32,000 nucleotides of DNA. Origin: Thermococcus kodakarensis KOD1 (lineage in GTDB: Archaea > Methanobacteriota_B > Thermococci > Thermococcales > Thermococcaceae). A model generated the notes under the pieces. That model was not told the DNA's origin. It worked only from the letters and a program-made list of their open reading frames with translations, and made no database searches. Location: NCBI RefSeq assembly GCF_000009965.1, contig NC_006624.1:1110001-1142000 (forward strand), given 5' to 3'. Position numbers and translations under genes: made by a program. Below are positions 22,681-29,119 of the stretch, piece after piece (within the stretch, counting starts at the first letter, position 1; every line of letters begins with the position of its first letter).

Positions 22681-25062
22681 TCAGAACTCAAGCTCGTCCT
22701 CTTCCTCGAAGAGCCTCTTCCTGGCGGCCTCGAGGAGGATCTTCTGCTCCTCCTGGGCAACGGTCTTCCTGATGAGCTCGACGGCATCCGGGTTAGCGGA
22801 GATGCTGTCGATGCCGAGCCTGACGAGGATCTTGGCCATCTTCGGGTCACTTCCGGCCTGTCCGCAGATGCTGGTTTCAACGCCGTGCTTCTTGGCGACC
22901 TTAATTACGTGCTTGATGAGCTTGAGCACGGCCGGGTGGGTCTCGTCGTAGAGGTGGGCGATCCTGTCGTTGTCCCTGTCGATGGCGAGGGTGTACTGAG
23001 TGAGGTCGTTGGTACCGAAGCTGACGAAGTCGATGCCCTCCTTGATGAGGTCCTCGATGATGAGGGCCGCTGCTGGAACCTCGATCATGATGCCCCACTC
23101 GACGTCCTTGTGCGGCTCAAGGCCGACTGAGCGGGCGATCTCCTTGGCCTTCCTGATCTGCTCTGGGTGGCCGACGAGCGGGAGCATGACGCCGATGTTG
23201 TTGTAGCCCTCCTCGACGACCTTCTTGATGGCGGTGAACTCGGCCTTGAGGAGCTCCGGCTGGTCGAGACCGCGCCTGATTCCGCGCCATCCGAGCATCG
23301 GGTTCCTCTCGTCCGGCTCGTCCTCTCCACCGGGCATCTCCTTGAACTCGTTGGTCGGGGCGTCGAGGGTCCTGTACCAGACCGGCCTCGGGTAGAAGGC
23401 AGCGGCAACGGTCCTGATACCGTCGGCGAGCTTCTCAACGAGCTCGTCGAACTTGCCCTCCTTGATGAACTTGATCGGGTGCTGGCCGATGCTGAGGATC
23501 ATGTGCTCAGCCCTGAGAAGACCGACACCGTCGGCGCCGGTGGCGGCAGCCCTCTCGGCGACCTCGGGCATTGAGACGTTGACCTTGACCTTGGTCGCGG
23601 TGATGAGCGGAGCTCCAGCAACGACGACCTGACCGCCAGCGGCTCCAGCGGCCTTCTCCTCCTTCTTCTCGACGAGGCTCTTGACTATGCCCTTGTAGAC
23701 GACACCGCGGGTACCGTCAACGGTGACGTAGTCGCCAGTCTTGAGCTTCTTGGTGGCCTCCTTGGTACCGACGACGGCCGGAATACCGAGCTCACGGCTG
23801 ACGATGGCAGCGTGGCTGGTCCTTCCACCCTCGTCGGTGACGATAGCGGAGGCCCTCTTCATTGCCGGAACCATGTCCGGGTTGGTCATGGTAGTGACGA
23901 GGACGTCGCCCTCCTTGACCTTGTCGATCTCGCTGGCGTCGAAGATGACGACGACCCTACCGGCACCGATGCCCGGTGAGGCACCGAGACCCTTGAGGAT
24001 GACCTCGGCCTCCTCAGTGCCCTCGACCTCCTCGGCCTTGGTCTCTTCCTTGAGGGTGGTGATCGGCCTGCTCTGGACGATGTAGAGCTTGCCGTCGTCC
24101 TTGTCGTAGGCCCACTCGATGTCCTGCGGCCAGCCGTAGTGCTCCTCGATCTTGGCACCCATCTTGGCGACCTCGATTATCTGCTCGTCGGTGAGAACCT
24201 GCTTCTCAACCCACTCCGGACCGAGGTAGTCGGCGACCTTGACGTAGACGGTGCCCTTGCCGGTCTCGGGGTTCCTGACGACCATGACTTCCTTCTTGGC
24301 GATGAACTTCTCCTTGATCTTCCAGGTGCCCTTCTCGACGATGTACTCGTCCGGGGTGACGCTGCCGCTGACGACGGCCTCACCGAGGCCCCAGCTGGCG
24401 TTGATCATGATCTCGTTCCTGTTGTTGGTGACCGGGTTGGCGGTGAACATAACACCGCTCTTCTCGCTGTTGACCATCTTCTGGACGACGGCTGAGAGGT
24501 AGACCTTGCTGTGGTCGAAGCCCTGCTTGGCCCTGTAGAAGGTAGCCCTGGCAGTCCAGAGTGAGGCCCAGCACTTCTTGACCTTGTCTATGACGTCATC
24601 AACGCCGTAGACGTCGAGGTAGGTCTCCTGCTGGCCGGCGAAGGAAGCCTCCGGGAGGTCCTCAGCGGTAGCGGATGAACGGACGGCGACGTAAACGGCA
24701 TCCTTGTTAAAGCGGGCGCTGAGCTCCTTGTAAGCCCTCTCGATCTCCTCGGCTATCTCCGGGAGCATCGGAAGCTCGATGATCTTCTGCCTGATCTTGG
24801 CGGTGTTCTCCTGGAGCTGCTTGGAGTCGTCAACGTTGGTCTGGCTGATGATCTCCATAATCCACTCCTGGAGGGTCTTACCGTCCTCAAGCTTAACGTT
24901 CTCGACAAAGTACTTGTAGGCCTCTGCAGTCACACAGAATCCGGGCGGAACCGGAATTCCGGCCTTGGTGAGTTCACCAAGGTTGGCACCCTTTCCACCG
25001 ACAAGGGGAACATCTTCCTTGCCGAGCTCCTCAAACCACTTTATAAACCTGTATTCGCTCAT
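22681..25062 (-). CDS. ppsA: phosphoenolpyruvate synthase (pyruvate, water dikinase)
   Basis: ATP-grasp N-terminus VPLVGGKGANLGELTKAGIPVPPGF, the phosphohistidine motif GGRTSHAAIVSRELGIPAVVG, and a C-terminal PEP-utilizing TIM barrel (FVSFGTNDLTQY). 793 aa. Confidence 0.96.
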   Translation of the reverse strand: MSEYRFIKWFEELGKEDVPLVGGKGANLGELTKAGIPVPPGFCVTAEAYKYFVENVKLEDGKTLQEWIMEIISQTNVDDSKQLQENTAKIRQKIIELPMLPEIAEEIERAYKELSARFNKDAVYVAVRSSATAEDLPEASFAGQQETYLDVYGVDDVIDKVKKCWASLWTARATFYRAKQGFDHSKVYLSAVVQKMVNSEKSGVMFTANPVTNNRNEIMINASWGLGEAVVSGSVTPDEYIVEKGTWKIKEKFIAKKEVMVVRNPETGKGTVYVKVADYLGPEWVEKQVLTDEQIIEVAKMGAKIEEHYGWPQDIEWAYDKDDGKLYIVQSRPITTLKEETKAEEVEGTEEAEVILKGLGASPGIGAGRVVVIFDASEIDKVKEGDVLVTTMTNPDMVPAMKRASAIVTDEGGRTSHAAIVSRELGIPAVVGTKEATKKLKTGDYVTVDGTRGVVYKGIVKSLVEKKEEKAAGAAGGQVVVAGAPLITATKVKVNVSMPEVAERAAATGADGVGLLRAEHMILSIGQHPIKFIKEGKFDELVEKLADGIRTVAAAFYPRPVWYRTLDAPTNEFKEMPGGEDEPDERNPMLGWRGIRRGLDQPELLKAEFTAIKKVVEEGYNNIGVMLPLVGHPEQIRKAKEIARSVGLEPHKDVEWGIMIEVPAAALIIEDLIKEGIDFVSFGTNDLTQYTLAIDRDNDRIAHLYDETHPAVLKLIKHVIKVAKKHGVETSICGQAGSDPKMAKILVRLGIDSISANPDAVELIRKTVAQEEQKILLEAARKRLFEEEDELEF

Positions 25063-25191
25063 GGCGATCCCTCCAAATTAATTACTGCGGGTGATATATC
25101 AACCGGCCGCTTTTAAAATTAACTATCCAGACCTGTTCTTTGGTGTATAGGGATGAAAAAAGAGGAAAAAATGTCCATTAAAGCCCGTATG

Positions 25192-27678
25192 TCACGGAAG
25201 GAACTTTGGGAGGGGGTGCTGCTCGAGGAGGGAGTTCAGGAACTCGATTGCTTTCTCGCTTCCGTATGCGTACGTCATGTAGCGGTATATTGAAACCGCC
25301 GCATCGAGCGGGTGCGTCTCTTTGGTTGGGTCGAAGGTTTTCATGATGAAATCGAGCGTTTTCTGTGCCTGTTCTTCAAAGCCCGCCACGTGGTAAATAT
25401 AAGCCATCTGAACGTAGCTTGTCCTCGAGTACGCGTAGGGGTAATTCTCTGCCTTAAGTCTACCTTCCTCGTCCTGCTGGTCTTTGAGCCATGTGGCGGC
25501 TTTTTTAACAGACTCTAACACCGTTTCGTCCCCTGTGAGCTGGTAATACCTTGCCAGAGCGGATGCTATCGCAAGTGTGGTACCGATGTTATCTCTCCAG
25601 TCTCCCGTTTTACCCTGCTCGTTCAATATCTCTCTAAGAACGTTTTTCTCCGTCGTGGCGTTCAAGATGCCGAGTTCCTTGTAGAGCGGAAGCAGCAGGG
25701 CGTTTACAACAAAGCTTCCCGATTTGTCCTTTGGGGTGGTCATGAAGTAATCTTCTTTCTCTCTGGACTTCAATAGACTGAGCGCTTTCTTGGTTCCGTT
25801 GAACTGGAACTTCCTGATGGGCTCCAGTGTGTACGCCGTGTACAGCGTGAAGTCGTTGGGAGGAACACCCCAAGGGAATGCCCCGTTCTCCATTTGCTTG
25901 TACTCTAGCCACTTTAGTAGCCAGTCTGCCCTCTCCTTAAACTTCCCATCTCCGGTTTTGTTGTACAGGTTGTAGTACAGATCAACCATCCATCCGTTTA
26001 AGTTGAAATAGGCCTTGTATCCTGTGTCGAAGTCGGCGTAGTTGTAGCCCGTCCAGAACCTCTCGAAAAAGTTCACCAGAGGGGAGTAGTCCCCATGGTA
26101 CTCTATGGGGAGAGGCTGTTCTATTCTGAGTTCGGGCTCTGGGATGAACTTGTATATCACGGAACCACCATTGCAGAACTCTAGCTTAAAGTGGGTGTCA
26201 TACGGGGCATATTCCATGAGGCCATACCTTATCAGTCCGTAGGAGTAGCGCGGTCTGTCAACGAATATGTAGCTCACGTTGTATTTTTTCATAAGATAGT
26301 AAACGAGACTCCTCTGGTTGGAGCTGAACATTATGACATGGTCCGTGTAAGCCCGCGCCGCTTCCTTTACCGTTGGGGCCTCACCGAAGAACCCCTGATA
26401 AACCTTTTTCCACACGACAACGTCCTTTCTGTGGGTGTTTCCAATCAAGAGGTATCCCATATCCCACCAAACGAGTATCGTGGCGTTTTCAGGGGTATTC
26501 TGAGATATCCACTCATAGGCCTCTTTGTCCGTTATGCTCGGAATCGATATATAATGGTACGCCCCATAGACCCCCTGGAATGTGGGAGTTAAGATTAAGA
26601 CCGCTATTATGAGGACTTGGACTGCCCTCTTCTCAGGAAGGGTCTTTACAAGAGCGGAACCGAATCCCCGCACGTCATTTAGGACCCTCTTCAAAACGGG
26701 GCCAATTGATGGGAAAACGACATCTATAAAATAGTCCGAGGCGATTGCCGCAAGGGGAATTGTGGCGTAGGGATCCCTAAAGCGGAAGGAGACTCCACCC
26801 GCCAGCAGGAATGTCCAGGCCCACAGTACAAGTCCCCTCTGGAGGGGTCCTTTTTTGAAGTAATATGAACTCCCAAGAACCCCGAAGACGAGCTGGACAA
26901 TTCCAACCCACTTGAAATATCCAAGGAAACTTACCTCGCTCCTCTGAAGCCGTAAAAATAGTTCTCCAAAAGTTGATTTTACCTGGGGCAGGCCAAGGTA
27001 TGCCAGAAGTCCAGCAAGGACCAGGATGATTACATAGTGGACGTTGCGCTTTATGGTGGGCTCCAAATAAGACAGCAAGACTATCGCTGCCGCAAAGGCA
27101 AAGAATATCCATCCCCTGTGGGTTATGGTGTAGAGCCCAAAGGTCACTGCAAAGGGGATAAAGCTCGATACTGTCTTATTTTTAAGGAACCTTACACCAA
27201 AAAACATACTTAAAGAGAACAGAAGCAGCCCCATGTTTTCGGGTATGTAGAGGCTTGTTCTGTATATGAAGTTTGGGGCAAACGCCAGCAATAATGTCGC
27301 CAGGAGCGCCTTTTTTTCGTCCTCAAAGAGCTCTTTGTAGGCAAAGTAAAACCCCAGGACTGCAAACGTGCCGTAAACGGCTGGTATGGCGAGGAAGAAA
27401 TAGTCCGAGTGGAATATTCTGTAGAGGAAGGCACCGACTATGTGAAAGAGGGGCGGATAACTGTAGGCACGGAGGCCGAGGAGGGACGGTAGATCCCGGG
27501 ACACTGCCCCTATTCCACCTTCAGCAATTCTCAGGGTGAGGTCCCTATGAAGGTACTCATCATAAGCCGCCAGTAAGAGGTTTCTGTGCGGAATCAGTCT
27601 GATTATGAACGACACAATAATGAGCAACAATAGGTATATCATTGAAACGTATGTTCTCTTTCGCTCCACGGCCAACAC
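25192..27678 (-). CDS. STT3/AglB-family oligosaccharyltransferase paralog with an additional C-terminal alpha/alpha-repeat-like domain
   Basis: The N-terminal half is polytopic, with YDEYLHR in the first loop (compare the STT3 D-x-Y-x-x-R loop). EAYEWISQNTPENATILVWWDMGYLLIGN (WWDMGY encoded at 26452-26469) matches the WWDYG catalytic motif and its usual context. ...KKYNVSYIFVD follows, then about 300 further residues. The start is ambiguous (GTG27678, GTG27669 after AGGTG, or ATG27642). Confidence 0.75.
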   Translation of the reverse strand: MLAVERKRTYVSMIYLLLLIIVSFIIRLIPHRNLLLAAYDEYLHRDLTLRIAEGGIGAVSRDLPSLLGLRAYSYPPLFHIVGAFLYRIFHSDYFFLAIPAVYGTFAVLGFYFAYKELFEDEKKALLATLLLAFAPNFIYRTSLYIPENMGLLLFSLSMFFGVRFLKNKTVSSFIPFAVTFGLYTITHRGWIFFAFAAAIVLLSYLEPTIKRNVHYVIILVLAGLLAYLGLPQVKSTFGELFLRLQRSEVSFLGYFKWVGIVQLVFGVLGSSYYFKKGPLQRGLVLWAWTFLLAGGVSFRFRDPYATIPLAAIASDYFIDVVFPSIGPVLKRVLNDVRGFGSALVKTLPEKRAVQVLIIAVLILTPTFQGVYGAYHYISIPSITDKEAYEWISQNTPENATILVWWDMGYLLIGNTHRKDVVVWKKVYQGFFGEAPTVKEAARAYTDHVIMFSSNQRSLVYYLMKKYNVSYIFVDRPRYSYGLIRYGLMEYAPYDTHFKLEFCNGGSVIYKFIPEPELRIEQPLPIEYHGDYSPLVNFFERFWTGYNYADFDTGYKAYFNLNGWMVDLYYNLYNKTGDGKFKERADWLLKWLEYKQMENGAFPWGVPPNDFTLYTAYTLEPIRKFQFNGTKKALSLLKSREKEDYFMTTPKDKSGSFVVNALLLPLYKELGILNATTEKNVLREILNEQGKTGDWRDNIGTTLAIASALARYYQLTGDETVLESVKKAATWLKDQQDEEGRLKAENYPYAYSRTSYVQMAYIYHVAGFEEQAQKTLDFIMKTFDPTKETHPLDAAVSIYRYMTYAYGSEKAIEFLNSLLEQHPLPKFLP

Positions 27679-27724
27679 CTCTAAAAGCTTTTAAGCGCAG
27701 CCATCAGCTTTTACTGGTGGTGTT

Positions 27725-28804
27725 GTGAGGGGGTTAAAAATATTTGGCCTTGCTTTTTTTGGATATCTATTTCTTGCACTCTACTCCAATTATTTGGATG
27801 AAGACCTTCGCGCCGTTGTCTATCAGAGGGGCTTTGAGCCCTCATCCGTCTTGCTTGGTTTCTTAGTTGCCCTGGTTTTTTTTATGGCGTTTGCCGCGGG
27901 CTATCTTTCGGGACTTCAGCTTCCACCATCATTCCTCATTGCACTGTTTCTCATACTCTCCCTTCACGACTTCCCGAATGCATTTTTAATCGCATTTGTG
28001 GCCGTGATTGGATACTATCTCAAGATTGACGTCTTTGAAAAGTTCTCCACTTTGGCCCTCTGGATCTCAATTCTCGGCCCCATCATCTTTTACTTAAGCA
28101 TGGGCATTCCCCTTTTCCAGTGGGGACTCAGGTACAAAATCGTTGGTCCCCTCGTCCTTTTCGCCCTATTGGGAGCAGGGGGGCTAACATACTCGAAGTT
28201 TTCCACCAGAGCAAAAACACTCTTTCTCTTGGCTTATTCTGTCGTATACTTTCTCGGGACTTTCCGCTCCCTGCTTCTCCTCGGATACATCCCGTATCTG
28301 CTGGACTACACTCTGAGTCGTGAAAGAAAATGGCATGTTGTAATTTTTGGCTCGGCACTCCTTGGAATGGTGCTCATCATGAGCGGGAGCATCTCTGCTC
28401 TGCTTGTAAGAATTGGATTTACGTTTCTGGTTTTCCATAACCTGGTTCGCATCTCCCTTCCCTGGGGTTATTTTCACGGCTCGGTTCTCTTCAGTGAAGG
28501 CCCCAGAGCCCTGGTCTCACAGCTCTTTGGCGCATCAACTAACTACACGTACTTCTTTTTCGGTCAAGCGGTGGCTGATTTTGGCATATTTGGTCTTCTT
28601 GAGGCGTTTCTCCTCGGCCTCTTCCTTAGAGAGAGCGAAAGGGAGCATGAAACCTTTGTCTTTGTCTGTTCCCTCATGATATATGCCCTCGATTCTGGAA
28701 TAGATGCGCTCATCCTGATGTTTATCATTGGAGCGTTGATTTTCCAGGATTTGAGGCTGACCATTATCGGGACGAGGACCACACCCAGAACAGGTTCAAG
28801 CTGA
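27725..28804 (+). CDS. polytopic membrane protein (about 10 TM), possibly Wzy/O-antigen-polymerase-like; function unproven
   Basis: 359-aa hydrophobic ORF, divergent from the AglB-like gene across about 46 nt. GGTGGTG precedes GTG27725. There is one larger loop (WGYFHGSVLFSEGPRALVSQLFGASTNYTYFFFGQ). I see no diagnostic motif. Confidence 0.65.
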   Translation: MRGLKIFGLAFFGYLFLALYSNYLDEDLRAVVYQRGFEPSSVLLGFLVALVFFMAFAAGYLSGLQLPPSFLIALFLILSLHDFPNAFLIAFVAVIGYYLKIDVFEKFSTLALWISILGPIIFYLSMGIPLFQWGLRYKIVGPLVLFALLGAGGLTYSKFSTRAKTLFLLAYSVVYFLGTFRSLLLLGYIPYLLDYTLSRERKWHVVIFGSALLGMVLIMSGSISALLVRIGFTFLVFHNLVRISLPWGYFHGSVLFSEGPRALVSQLFGASTNYTYFFFGQAVADFGIFGLLEAFLLGLFLRESEREHETFVFVCSLMIYALDSGIDALILMFIIGALIFQDLRLTIIGTRTTPRTGSS

Positions 28805-29119
28805 TTCTTTTCTGCCCTAGGGACGAGGCTTTTGATAAGGAAAAGCAATGCTATCGCCGAAGTGATCCGGTTGAAGTTAATCCAACGCTAATCTTTGTTT
28901 GTTAGAGCTAAACCAATAATACCCGCATATGTCTCGGACTCACTCTGTCTTTGCGGTTTAGTGACCAATGACTATCCTGTGTAGTGTGGGCTCTTTTGAT
29001 GATTATCTACCCCCAATGCCCTATATTCACCATTAGTGATAAGATGCGTTTACTCTCGGCGAAATCTTTATATCACTGCTGACATCTAGTTTCCAATGCC
29101 AAACAACGGAGGTGTTGCT

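Noticed and set aside
22621-24574. Series of plus- and minus-strand ORFs of 60-170 aa overlapping ppsA (for example 22621..23130, 23167..23574, 24139..24495)
   Set aside because: These are shadow frames of a very GC-rich, highly expressed gene. The Arg/Ser/Pro-rich or Asp/Leu/Val-rich low-complexity translations are typical of out-of-frame reading, and PEP synthase explains the whole interval.
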